64,000 nt of DNA from the NCBI GenBank assembly GCA_951406725.2, contig CATOCA020000001.1, forward strand, positions 7,936,001 to 8,000,000, given 5' to 3'. Positions 11,900 to 29,464 of this stretch are shown here, one piece after another. The notes beneath the pieces are model-generated. The model was not told where the DNA came from and made no database searches. It saw only the letters and a list, made by a program, of their open reading frames with translations. The translations under genes were made by a program, and so were the position numbers. Numbering within the stretch: position 1 is the stretch's first letter; every line of letters begins with the position of its first letter. The stretch is from Octopus vulgaris (Eukaryota).

Positions 11900-12300
11900 G
11901 GCGCAGGAGTGGCTGTGTGGTAGGTAGCTTGTTTACCAACCACATGGTTCCGGGATCAGTCCCACTGCGTGGCACCTTGGGAAAGTGTCTTCTACTATAG
12001 CCTCGGGCCGACCAAAGCCTTGTGAGTGGATTTGGTAGACGGAAACTGAAAGAAGCCCGTCGTATATATGTATATATATATATATGCGTGTGTGTGTTTG
12101 TGTCTGTGCTTGTGCCCCTAGCATTGCTTGACAACCGATGCTGGTGTGTTTATGTCCCCGTTACTTAGCGGTTCGGCAAAAGAGACCGATAGAATAAGTA
12201 CTGGGCTTACAAAAGAATAGGTCCCGGGGTCGAGTTGCTCGATTAAAGGCGGTGCTCCAGCATGGCCGCAGTAAAATGACTGAAACAAGTAAAAGAAACG
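11900..12300 (+). mobile_element. Family A SINE, full length (paralog ~40106-40500)
   Basis: Same head, CORE-like body and tail as 7394-7803. Confidence 0.85.
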
Positions 12301-12356
12301 AATAAAAGAAAAGAAACGAATATATAGATATATGTGTGTGCGTGTACATATATACT

Positions 12357-13250
12357 ACTATGGCACTCCGTCGGTTGAGACGAAGAGGTTTCCAGTTGAT
12401 CCAGTCAACGGAAGACTACTCGTGAAATTCTTTTCTACGCTAGACACAAGATCCGAAATTTTAGGGGAGTGGGCCATCGATTAGATCTACACCAGTACGA
12501 AACTTGTACTTGATTTATCTACACCGAAAGGATGAAAGGCAAAGTCGACCTCGACGGAATTTGAACTCAGAAAGTAAAGACAGACGAAATACCTATTTCT
12601 TTACTACCAACAGGGGGCTAAACAGAGAGGGGCAAACAAGGACAGACATAGGTATTAAGTCGATCATATCGACCCCAGTGCGTAACAGACCCTTATTTAA
12701 TCGACCCCGAAACGATGAAAGGCAAAGTCGACCTCGGCGGAATTTGAACTCAGAAAGTAAAGACAGACGAAATACCTATTTCTTTACTACCAACAGAGGG
12801 CTAAACACAGAGGGGACGAACAAGGACAGACAAACGGACGAAGTCGATTATATCAACCCCAGTGCGTAACTGGTCCTTATTTAATCGACCCCGAAACGAT
12901 GAAAGGCAAAGTCGACCTCGGCGGAATTTGAACTCAGAACGTAGCGACAGACGAAATACTGCTAAGTATTTCGCCAGGCGGAGCTAACGTTTCTGCCAGT
13001 TCGCCGCCTTAGACTCTTCGTGAAATTAATATGCAAGTAGCTGAGTACTCCACAGACACGTGTACCCTTAACGTAGTTCTCGGTGAGATTCAGCGTGACA
13101 CATAGTGTGACATGGCTGGCCCCTTTGAAATACAGGTACAACAGAAACAGGAAGACAGAGTGAGAGAAAGTTGTGGTGAAATAATACAGCAGGGTTCGCC
13201 ACCAGCCCTTGCTGGAGCCTCGAAGAGCTTTACGTGTTTTAGTTTAATGA
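12357..13250 (-). mobile_element. SINE body interrupted by a multimeric Nin/Deu-domain SINE (12430-13010) with ~17-bp target-site duplication; paralog ~40560-41450
   Basis: There are three tandem GATGAAAGGCAAAGTCGACCTCG(A/G)CGGAATTTGAACTCAG units (reverse complement of B-box + Nin-like GCCTTTCATC). They are flanked by AGACTACTCGTGAAATT (~12413) and AGACTCTTCGTGAAATT (~13011). Confidence 0.75.
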
Positions 13251-13449
13251 ACATTTGCGATGAGTTGGAATTTATTTCACATTCCTTGACAAGAATGACT
13301 CACCCTGCGATGGACTGTTGTCCCGTCCATATGCGGAATATATATGCCAAGGTAGACTGTTCCCATGCGTCTAGCTGCCAACAGAAGTAACTTTATTTAC
13401 TATTTATATATGTATATATATGTGTATGTATATGTGCGTATATATGTAT

Positions 13450-13755
13450 GTATTTGCTTGCTTTTTAAGTCTAGTATTTATTCTATCGGTACCTTTTGCC
13501 GAACCGCAAAGTTACGGGGACGTAAACACTACAGCATTGGTTGTGAAGCGATGGTGCGGTGACAAACACAAACACAAACATATATATATATATATACATC
13601 CGATGGGCTTCTTTCAGTTTCCATCTACCTAATCTACTCACAAGGATTGGGTCAGACCGTGGCTATAGAATAAGACACTCACCAAAGGTGCCTCGCAGTG
13701 AGATTGAACTCAGAACAATGTGGTAGGTAAGCAAGCTTCTCACCACACAGCCACG
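13450..13755 (-). mobile_element. Older diverged family A SINE (paralog ~41660-41915)
   Basis: TTTTGCCGAACCGC...CTTTCAGTTTCCATCTACC...CTTCTCACCACACAGCCAC matches the family A reverse complement. Confidence 0.65.
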
Positions 13756-13838
13756 TGTCACTTTTCAGCTTTCTATATATGAATGTATATATTTGTCTAT
13801 ATAAATATATTGTTATGAGCACACGTACATCGAGAAAT

Positions 13839-13890
<52 letters not shown>

Positions 13891-14152
13891 ATACATATAT
13901 ATATATATATACATATTTATATATGTATATACACATACATACATGCGCATATATATACACATACACAAACACAAAAAATCGAAACAGTCGCCCACACGCA
14001 TGCACGGGCACACACACACACAAAGCGTCAATTACTACTATGTCTTGATAACCACATATCCTGTTGGTATTATTTATACCAACTTTCTATATATGAATGT
14101 ATATATTTGTATATATAAATATATTGTTATGAGCACACGTACATCGAGAAAT

Positions 14153-14550
<398 letters not shown>

Positions 14551-14898
14551 ATACATGCACAGATATATACAGAAACACAAACACAACAAAATCGAAGTAG
14601 TCGCCCACACGCATGCACGGGCACACACACACACAAAGCGTCAATTACTGCTATGTCTTGATAACCACATATCCTGTTGGTATTATTTATAGTTATTTGC
14701 TGGGAGCCTACATTCTGGGTTCGAATTCTATTATTCAACACTAAATTATCATTTCAGGGTTGACGAAATAACAACTATGAAACTACATATATATATAAGT
14801 ATGTATGAAAGTATATATTCATCAACTCTCACTAATGAGGGTGGGTAAATGTATGTATATATATATATATATATATATATAGACATATATATATTTGC

Positions 14899-14937
<39 letters not shown>

Positions 14938-14952
14938 TATATACATACATAT

Positions 14953-14993
<41 letters not shown>

Positions 14994-16142
14994 TACTTGC
15001 ATGTATATAAATATACATATATATATATACATACACATATACATACATATATATATATATACACACACACACACAATATATATATATATATATATATGTA
15101 TATGTAAATATATAGAAATATATATACACACATATATACACGTATATATATATATATACACACACATATATATATATATATATAGATAGATAGATAAATA
15201 TATATATATATATTGTTAAAATCATCATAGCATATTTCTAAGGAGTTGTTTTGCTGCTATTTCTAGCATTTAAATTGTCTTCCACCACGTCCTTCTTTAG
15301 TGGGAGAGAGTCAGACAGAGAGTGAGGAAGAGTCAAAAAGAGAGTGAGAATGAACATTGAACAGCTTTATAGAGAGGGGGATTAGATAAACTAGATTGTC
15401 TACCTGTTTTATTCTCTCCCTCACTCTAAGTCTAATTATATATGTATCTATTTCTCCCTCTGCCTTTCATTCAATCTATTTCACCCTCTCTTGATCTCTT
15501 ATTCTATTTCTCTTCACTCTCTCTCTCTCTATCATTCTCACCCACACATTTTCTTGTCGCTTTCCATAAAATTTTAAACATGGAGAGTAGACAAAAATTT
15601 AGATTTCAATACCTATGGCTTCTATTCGTCTGAATTGTTCAAACACGCCCCAGCTGGAACATGTTATATACATATACCACATATAATTATACACAAATCA
15701 TGTATATATATACACGAAATTATTAAAATTATGAAAAAAGTATCTAAGAGATACCATCATACTAGACATAGCAGCCAAAACTTGAGTCTAAAACCACCTT
15801 AAATGTTCACACCAGGAGAGTTTTGGCCCACTGTATGACACCTTGGGCAAGTACCTTCTTCTATGTGTGTGTGTGTGAGTATGTTTCCATTTGCCTTTAC
15901 TGAAAATTGCTCAGCAATGAACGATTAGATTATCATTTTCCCTGTTAATAGACAAACCATTGGAATAAGTGATCTCTTGAACAACAGGTAAGGGTTAATA
16001 ACATGAAGGGGATCCAGATGCAGAAAGAACGGATCAATAATATACACACACACACACACACACATGCACACACAAACGTACACACACACACACATTCAGT
16101 TTTAATTTATAGACACACATTAATTTACAGGGTACAACCTAA

Positions 16143-16330
16143 GACGAGTGGTCCCGGTGCGCGCAATCGTGTACAAGCGCATCCGAGGAAGCTAGTTGTG
16201 ACTAGTCGATCCTTACTTTGTGTTTTTGTGTTTCATTTACTTTGCTAGGTAGTCGTTGTAGGATCGACTAGTCACGACTATCTAGCGCGCGTGCGCGAGT
16301 AAACGAGTGCGCGCACCAGGACCACTCTTC
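16143..16330. mobile_element. GC-rich MITE with long imperfect TIRs and (C/T)TAA flanks (Kolobok/Sola/piggyBac-like target)
   Basis: CTAA|GACGAGTGGTCCCGGTGCGCGCA...TAGTTGTGACTAGTCGATCC pairs with GGATCGACTAGTCACGACTA...TGCGCGCACCAGGACCACTCTTC|TTAA. Confidence 0.7.
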
Positions 16331-16769
16331 TTAATTAAATGGTATCTAGTTTCCACAGCGGAGAAATCCACCCTTGTTAAAACATCTACACAAAACCCCA
16401 CCATTTCAGGCTGACTTAACAGAGACCCTACTCTGTGTTACCTGCATCTCTGTCCCCCACAAAGCGGCCACGCCCTTGTAAGTTTCGTAACGAAAAACAA
16501 AAGCATTAATTTCCTGATCTCATAATTGGATCACGCACTTTTACGATAATTAATATCGTATCATTAATTTATAGACACACAGACAGAGTTTAAGATGAAA
16601 GGATGTTCATTCAAGCGTTAAATGGTCCCAAATGAAATAAAGATGAATTTACCTCAGTTTAGTTTTAAACGGTTGCAACGGATCCGGGGTCCCAATTAAT
16701 TTCAAATTTTCTGTTGCCGGATCTAAGTTCGATGGCAAGTAAGCGGAGATAACTCTCGAAATATAAGCG

Positions 16770-17055
16770 GGGTTGGGGTATGTGTTAAGTAGCCTGCGTA
16801 CCAAGCACATGGTTCCGTGTTCAGTCCCACTGCGTCGCACCTTGGGCGAGTGACTTCTACTATAGCTTCGGCCGACCAAAGCCTTGTGAGTGGATCTGGT
16901 TGACGGAAACTGAAGAAAGCCCCGTCGTAAATATGTACATGTTTGGCCCGAGACTATAGTAGAAAACACTTGCCCAAGCTGCCACACAGTGGGACTGATC
17001 TCGGAACCAGGTGGTTGGTAATCAAGCTACTTACCACTCAGCCACTCCTATGCCT
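16770..17055. mobile_element. Two family A SINE 5' halves in opposite orientation
   Basis: A plus-strand head runs ~16770-16930 (TTCAGTCCCACTGCG...GACGGAAACTGAAGAAAGCC) and a minus-strand head ~16940-17055 (ACTTGCCCAAG...CAGCCACTCC). Confidence 0.7.
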
Positions 17056-17127
17056 ACAGTCTCAAAGACTGACAATTATTTTAGAATTCTCTATCTTATA
17101 TTTTGTTTACACGCCCCCATACATACA

Positions 17128-21134
<4,007 letters not shown>

Positions 21135-22376
21135 GTAAACTCTATTTCCAGCCCTTCTACATTTGTATTTCTCAAGATAAGATTCAAGACAAGAAATTTT
21201 TTTTTGGGATTCGTGTTTACCTTATTTCAAATGGTTTCGAGAGCGTGGTTCCAAGTGTCCTTACGAAGGATATAAATGTTTCTTAGTTAGTTAATAAGCA
21301 GGAGGTGACTACTCTTATTCAATTTCGTGCCACACCCTGACTAACACAAGATCTTTTATTCAAATTTGAATGCTCTTTACAATTTGTCATGTCAAAGTAT
21401 AATTCAATTCATTTCGTATGACGTAACCTCTCCATAATTGTCTGAAAACCTATGTGCATATATATATATATGGATAAGAATATATATATATATGCGTATG
21501 TGTGTGTGTGTGTGTGTGTGTGTACATATGTATGTAGATTATATAAAACCCACTTAAATCTTGTCAAACCAGTTTTCTTGTAAAATTTTCATACACACAC
21601 ACAAAACACAGCCACACCTACACAGACTTTGGAAAGGTGAGTGATCCTGTGATTAGGTCATGTAGCCCCTGATTTCGTGCTTATGATTTCGATTTCCAGC
21701 TTTGAGGTCCTGAAACAAATACCTAATTTCAAATTGTTCCAGTCAACAGAGCTGAAAATAAATAACCCTGTGTTCGACTGGTTCCCTGTTTAGGGAGAAT
21801 GTCATTGTCTTGGTCACTTATAAACCTTAGTCCTGAAAACAGCGTCAAGAATTGCAGTGTGACCAGCAAGAAATAATGACGTCCGATTATCCGGACGGTT
21901 GAGTGACTATATAAATATATTATGCATGTATGTATGCATGTATATGTGTGTATGTATGTATGTATGTATGAATGCATGTATGCATACATGGTTATCTATG
22001 TATTATGTGTATATGCATGTATGTATGTGTTATATATGTATGTATGTACGTATGTATATATGTATGTGTGTGTATATGTATGTATTATGTGTATAAGTAT
22101 GTATATGTAAGTGTTACGTATGTATGCAAGCATGTATATATATATATATGCATGTGTATATATATATATATATATATGTATTATGTGAAAATGTATGTAT
22201 GTATGTATGTGTGTATGTATGTATATGTGTACGAATGTATGTTTGCATACATGGGTATATATGTATTATGTGTATATGCATGTACGTACGCGTTATATAT
22301 GTATGTATGTACGTACGTATGTATAAATGTATTACGTATGTATGCAAGCATGTATATATATATATGTATGCATGTG

Positions 22377-22410
<34 letters not shown>

Positions 22411-22558
22411 TATGTGAAAATGTATATATATATATATATATCCCTTCTTTCCTGAGCGCCCAATAATACTTTATCTGTTCCACATCCTCGCGTTGTTGTC
22501 TTTTGTTTTCTTGTTTGGATTAACTTTATCTTCTCTCTCTCTCTCTCTCTCTCTTTTA

Positions 22559-22605
<47 letters not shown>

Positions 22606-22674
22606 GTGGGGCGAGAGCAGGCAAAAACACAAAATTCAATGTCAAAGGAAGAGGAACGGAATCTCTCCAAAAAA

Positions 22675-22860
22675 GCGGTGAACTGGCAGAAATGTTAGCA
22701 CGCCGAGCAAAATTCTTAGCGGTATTTCGTCTGTTTTTAAGTTTGCCTTTCATTATGTCTGGGTCAACAAATTAAGTACCAGTTGCTTAATGAGAGTCGA
22801 TCTAATCGACTGGCCTTCTCCCCCAAAATATTAGGCCTTCTATCTAGAGTAGAAACGAAA
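22675..22860 (+). mobile_element. Diverged Nin-domain SINE
   Basis: GCGGTGAACTGGCAGAAATGTTAGCACGCCGAGC...TTTGCCTTTCAT...AATTAAGTACCAG. Confidence 0.6.
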
Positions 22861-22963
22861 AGAATAACTGCTAATGAATGGTTCCACACTCCTCAAGATT
22901 TGGAATGGCAAAGTAGAACCTTACAACTGGATTCAGTTGACGGCGGCTATACCCAGGACATAC

Positions 22964-23600
<637 letters not shown>

Positions 23601-24338
23601 TGCATAAATTAGTTAGCTAGCTAGACAGATAGATAGATAAATTGATGGAAAAGTGTGGGTACATATGTACTTGTGTTTAACCTGTTTTCCTAACTATGAC
23701 CTAAAAGTTGATCTAACATTTGAAAAGAGACAAGTTTCTTTAGATTATAAATTTAATGAGCGTGAGTTGAGATATTTTAGAATTTCTTTAGAAATGTCAA
23801 AGAAAGGAAATAGTGAGTCAACATTGAATGTATTTTACATTGTGTACGAGACCGGATTTTGAAAATTATATATCTATATACGCATATGAATGAGAGTGTA
23901 TGAATGTATGTATATAAGTATATATAGTTATATATGCAAGTAAGTATATTGCTGTGTATGTATGCATGTATGGGCAGGTATGTATATACCTACGTATGTA
24001 TTCACCGTTGTCTGTATTTATATATACATGCAACTACTTATTGTGTATGCATGTAGGCAGTTTCGTATATAGGCATATATGTATGCATGTATATATGTAA
24101 GTATGTATGTATGTATGTATGTATGTATGTGTGTATGTATGTATGTATGTATGTATGATGAAGATGAAGGCTGTCTATTCCTGATCGAAGAAGGCGGTCG
24201 CTGACCATTGCCTACATTGCCTGCAATATATATATTTATGAATATATGTGTCTGTGTGTTTATGTGTATATCTTTTGTGTAAGTGTCCAAATGTGTTTGT
24301 GTATGTAGATCCTATATATATATATATATATATATATA

Positions 24339-24720
24339 AGGAGTGGCTGTGTGGTAAGTAGCTTGCTAACCAACCACATGGTTCCGGGTTCGGTCCCACT
24401 GCGTGGCATCTTGGGCAAGTGTCTTCTGCTATAGCCCCGGGCTGACCAATGTCTTGTGAGTGGATTTGGTAGACGGAAACTGAAAGAAGCCTGTCGTATA
24501 TATATGTATATGTGTGTGTTTGTGTGTCTGTGTTTGTCTCCCTAGTATTGCTTGACAACCGATGCTGGTGTGTTTACGTCCCCGTCACTTAGCGGATCGG
24601 CAAAAGAGACCGATAGAATAAGTACTGGGCTTACAAAGAATATCCCGGGGTCGATTTGCTCGACTAAAGGCGGTGCTCCAGCATGGCCGCAGTCAAATGA
24701 ATGCAACAAGTAAAAAAAAA
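24339..24720 (+). mobile_element. Family A SINE (paralog ~32300-32682)
   Basis: Head, CORE-like body and tail as at 7394. Shares private variants with the 32300 copy (GCGGATCGG, TGAATGCAAC). Confidence 0.85.
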
Positions 24721-25287
24721 TATATATATATGTACATATATATATATATTTATATATAAGCATCTACATACACATACACTTTTAGACACTTACGTATAAG
24801 TCGTTTAGTATGTCTAAATGTTGAGTATATGCATCTACATATGTGTGTGTGTATATATGCATATACTCTTTTACTCTTTTACTTGTTTCAGTCATTTGAC
24901 TGCGGCCATGCTGGAGCAAAGCCTTTAGTCGAGCAACTATATACATATATACGACGGGCTTCTTTCAGTTTCCGTCTACCATATCCACTCACAAGGTTTT
25001 GGTCGCGCCTAGACTATAGTAGGAAACACTTGCCCAAGGTGCCACACAGCCACTCCTACGCCTATAATATATATATATTTATATAAACATATATATATAT
25101 ATATATATAAGTACATTAATATACATACATTCTCATATATGCATTACATATATAACATTTTTAAAAATTCAAAGGAAAGGCAGACACAGCGATAAACGTG
25201 CATGGATGTGTAGAAGGTTTATGTACACGTATATGTAAGTATGTATATATGTATGTACGTGTTTATGCCTCCCTATATGTATATATA

Positions 25288-25355
<68 letters not shown>

Positions 25356-25399
25356 CTTACGTATATATATATACATACATATATATATACACATATATA

Positions 25400-25690
25400 T
25401 ACATAAAATTATTAAAATTGTGAATAAGGGTATGTAAGAGATAGCATCATGCTAGACATAGCAGTCAAAACTTCACTCTAAAACCACATTAAATGTCCCT
25501 ACAGCACCAGGAGGGAAGACAAAAAGACAAAATAAACAAACAAAAAAGATAATAATAAACTCGTTTGCTAGTTTACTTTCTCTCTTTCTCCTCTCCCCTG
25601 GTGCTGTGTGAACATTTAATGTGGTTTTAGAGTCAGGTTTTAGCTGCTATATCTAGCAGCTAAATTATAATTTTGATAATTATTATCCAT
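25400..25690. mobile_element. Small fold-back element (paralog ~35720-36005; single-arm relative at ~15720-15820)
   Basis: GCTAGACATAGCAGTCAAAACTTCACTCTAAAACCACATTAAATGT...CAGCACCAGG is inverted relative to CCTGGTGCTG...ACATTTAATGTGGTTTTAGAGTCAGGTTTTAGCTGCTATATCTAGC. Confidence 0.65.
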
Positions 25691-25755
25691 GAGGTTTTCA
25701 TCCCCATGCAGGCCATTATCATTAGTTATATAAATTTACATATAGGAGTTGCCAT

Positions 25756-26157
25756 AGGTGCAGGAGTGGCTGTGTGGTAAGTAGCTTTCTAACTAGCCAC
25801 ATGGTTCCAGGTTCAGTCCCGCTGCGTGGCATCTTGGGCAAGTGTCTTCTGCTATAGCCCTGGGACTACCAATGCCTCGTGAGTGGATTTGGTAGACGGA
25901 AACAGAGAGAAGCCTGTCGTATATATGTATAGATATATATGTGTGTGTGTGTGTGTGTGTATGTTTTTGTCTCCCTAGAATTGCTTGACAACCGATGCTG
26001 GTGTGTTTACGTCCCCGTCACTTAGCGGTTCGGCAAAAGAGACCGATAGAATAAGTAGTGGGCTTACAAAGAATTAGTCCCAGGGTCGATTTGCTCGACT
26101 AAATGCGGTGCTCCAGCATGGCTGCAGCCAAATGACTGAAACAAGTAGAAGAGTAAA

Positions 26158-26160
<3 letters not shown>
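25756..26160 (+). mobile_element. Family A SINE
   Basis: Full head-to-tail match to the family. Confidence 0.85.
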
Positions 26161-26195
<35 letters not shown>

Positions 26196-26375
26196 CAATA
26201 AGGGTCTTTGCCACAAGTTGATTGACCACATACCGAAAAGACCCTTATTTTTATTGTCATAATTATATAATCTTTTACCGAATATGGTCCTTTTCCTTAC
26301 CGAAGTGCTACTAGGTGAAATTTGTTGATTTTATTAAATTAATTATATTTCACCCTTTTATCTGTAATGATTATT

Positions 26376-26426
<51 letters not shown>

Positions 26427-26537
26427 GTACCTATGTAGGCATAAATGCATATATATGCAGGCATATACATCTATATTTATATGAATATATATACAAATGC
26501 TGACAAGTGTGTGTGTGTACAGATTTGATAATGATGA

Positions 26538-26573
<36 letters not shown>

Positions 26574-26702
26574 AGTCGTTTAATGGCTTAGATTAACAAT
26601 CGACCTTTTGTTTGGCAAAACAAATTTTGTCAAGTCAGGTTTAAAGTCAGCAGGTGATAAACACTATTCAACAATTACAAAATAAGTGACACACCCAACC
26701 AT

Positions 26703-26775
<73 letters not shown>

Positions 26776-27184
26776 CCAGCTAATACCTTGTTACTAATGT
26801 TTAGAGCCCTGCCCAGGAGCTTCACATTCCGCGTTCGAATTCCACCAATGTCAACTTTGACTTTTATGCTTTTAGGGTCGATTAAATAAGGACCAGTTGA
26901 ATATGGAGGTCGATATAAAAGGAAAGAAAATCTCATCGAAGTTGCTTCTATGTTTCTTATCAAATGTCCGTACTGTAATTGTTTTCAGAACCTTCTTAAC
27001 AAGCTGCAAACATTTATATATATACATATTATATTAAATTAGAGATAAAATTACTATTAGGCAAATCTAACAGTGAAAAACATAAGCCAATGCATAAAAT
27101 TGATTTAAAAATATAAAAGTTAAAATTTAAAAAATTATTTAAATAATTTAAACTTATAAATTTTAAATATATATATACAAATAC

Positions 27185-27216
<32 letters not shown>

Positions 27217-27823
27217 ATGTATGTATATTTTTATATTTATATATTATTTTATTCATTAATTAATTTATTTTTTTATTATATAAGTATCAAAATTATTAAA
27301 AGTTGTAATACTTTTGATATTTATATGATAATAAAATAAATTAATAAATAAATAATTAAATAAATTAATAAATTATTAAATAAAATAATATATAAATATA
27401 AAAGATACATACATACACACATTTATATATATATATATATATTTGTATATATATATTTAAAATTTATAAGTATAAATTACGTAAATAATTTTTTAAAGTT
27501 TAACTTTTATATTTTTAAATTAATTTTATGTATTGGCTTATGTTTTTCACTGTTTGATTTCTCTAATAGTGGTTTTATCTCTAATTTAATATGATACAAT
27601 ATAATATATTTATACTATAAAATTGGATTTAATCCTAAAGATAATTTTTCCCAGTAACTTTGGATTTATTCCCTAATATTATACATATATATATATATAT
27701 ATATATATATGACGGGCTTCTTTCAGTTTCCGTTCACCAAATTCACTCACAAGATTTTGATGGCCCAAGGCAACAGTAAACACACTTGCCTAAATAGCCT
27801 CACACGCTCTTTCTCTCCTTCTC

Positions 27824-27857
<34 letters not shown>

Positions 27858-28469
27858 GGTGTGTTTATGTCCGCGTAACTTAGCTGTTCAGCAAAACAGA
27901 TCGATAGGATAAGTACTCGGCTTACAAAGGATATGTCCCCGGATTGATTTGTTTGACTGGAGGCGGTGCTGCAGCATGGCCTCAGTCAAATGCCTCAAAA
28001 TATAGGGGAATGAACAAAAGAATATAGAGGGGGGGAGACGTATGTGTGTGTATATAGAGTTGTTTACTGGGATCTGGGATAGAAGTATAATTTTTTTTTT
28101 TTAAAAGCGACTTCAGTTGTTAATGTTAAGTCAAGTGTAACAACACTCTTCGCTTATTGTGGCATAAGTCACACAAACACCTTTTCTTCGATTCGCACAC
28201 ACACAGGCACACCTGTTTCATACTAACAATTACTACTAGAGACACACTCAATGACTTGTTAGTAATATTTATAACTATTCCTTGGTAATTTACATTCTGG
28301 GTTCGAATCCCGTCACCTTTTTTCATTTGAGGGTCGATACAATTCTCTCAAGATTAACTTTGGCGTCGATATAATTAATTAGCAAAAGTTAAAACCTTAT
28401 AATTGTAGTAAGCAGAATTATTTGTAGCTCGAGGTGCACCTTGTAGATGATTATTCTATTTATATAGAA

Positions 28470-28558
28470 TATATTGCTATTTTTTGGCTATAACTCTCTA
28501 AAAATGCTTTATAGTTATTTCCCTTACAAACCCAAGCAACGCCGGGCGATACTGCTAG
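28470..28558 (+). mobile_element. Helitron-like 3' terminus
   Basis: A GC-rich imperfect hairpin CCCAAGC-AAC-GCCGGG (28531-28546) is followed 8 nt later by CTAG|T, the canonical Helitron 3' signature. Confidence 0.6.
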
Positions 28559-28696
28559 TTAGGTATAATTTTGTTCCCTTAAATTTCCTCACATATATTT
28601 ATTTCAACCTTTCTATTCTTATAAAAATGGTGGACATTTTTATAGTTTATATAATGGCTTGAGAAAAACATAAATGGGAATAGAAGAGCATGTGTA

Positions 28697-28747
<51 letters not shown>

Positions 28748-28755
28748 CATTTGTA

Positions 28756-28810
<55 letters not shown>

Positions 28811-28818
28811 CATTTGTA

Positions 28819-28849
<31 letters not shown>

Positions 28850-28854
<5 letters not shown>

Positions 28855-28950
28855 TAAAAACGGTAAGATAACAAAAGAAAGAAAGAGACCTCAATATTAT
28901 GTAAATAGAGGAAATTCTCTATAAAATATATTACAATTACTCAATAGAAT
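28850..28950 (-). mobile_element. Solo terminus of the Penelope-like element family
   Basis: GGTAAGATAACAAAAGAAAGAAAGAGACCTCAATATTATGTAAATAGAGG is the reverse complement of ~62480-62532 and abuts (TA)n. Confidence 0.75.
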
Positions 28951-29464
28951 ATTCTATGTAATATGCTTCCATATTAAATTTTTCTGTGTGTAAGAGTCCT
29001 CAACCGATGTTAGGCGATAAACCAAATATGCCGTATTAGCTCTTAGTGAATATATATATAAATGCACAAATAATTTACATTATGAAAACATGCTATAAAT
29101 TAATAATTACTGACTAATTAGAGTAGAAATACGTACATCACTTTAAAAAATACATTTGGATTTATATGATTGATTAAACACCCAAGTCTAAGCTCCAGCG
29201 TGGCCACAACCCAATGCTTTAAATAATAAAACGCATGACCCACATATCATATGTATAACTTGAAATCTCTCCACCACCAACACCGTTTAGTCTCTTAATC
29301 TCTCCCTCTCCCTCTCTCCCTCTCTTTCTCTCTCTATAAACGACAAACCAACTTTTCAATTATTATTCACCTCTTTCTCCTTTACAAATCTACACTTTTA
29401 TATAATCATTTTATTTCCTCATCTATTCTACTGGTAATTCCAGAGAAATCAAACATAATTTCCT

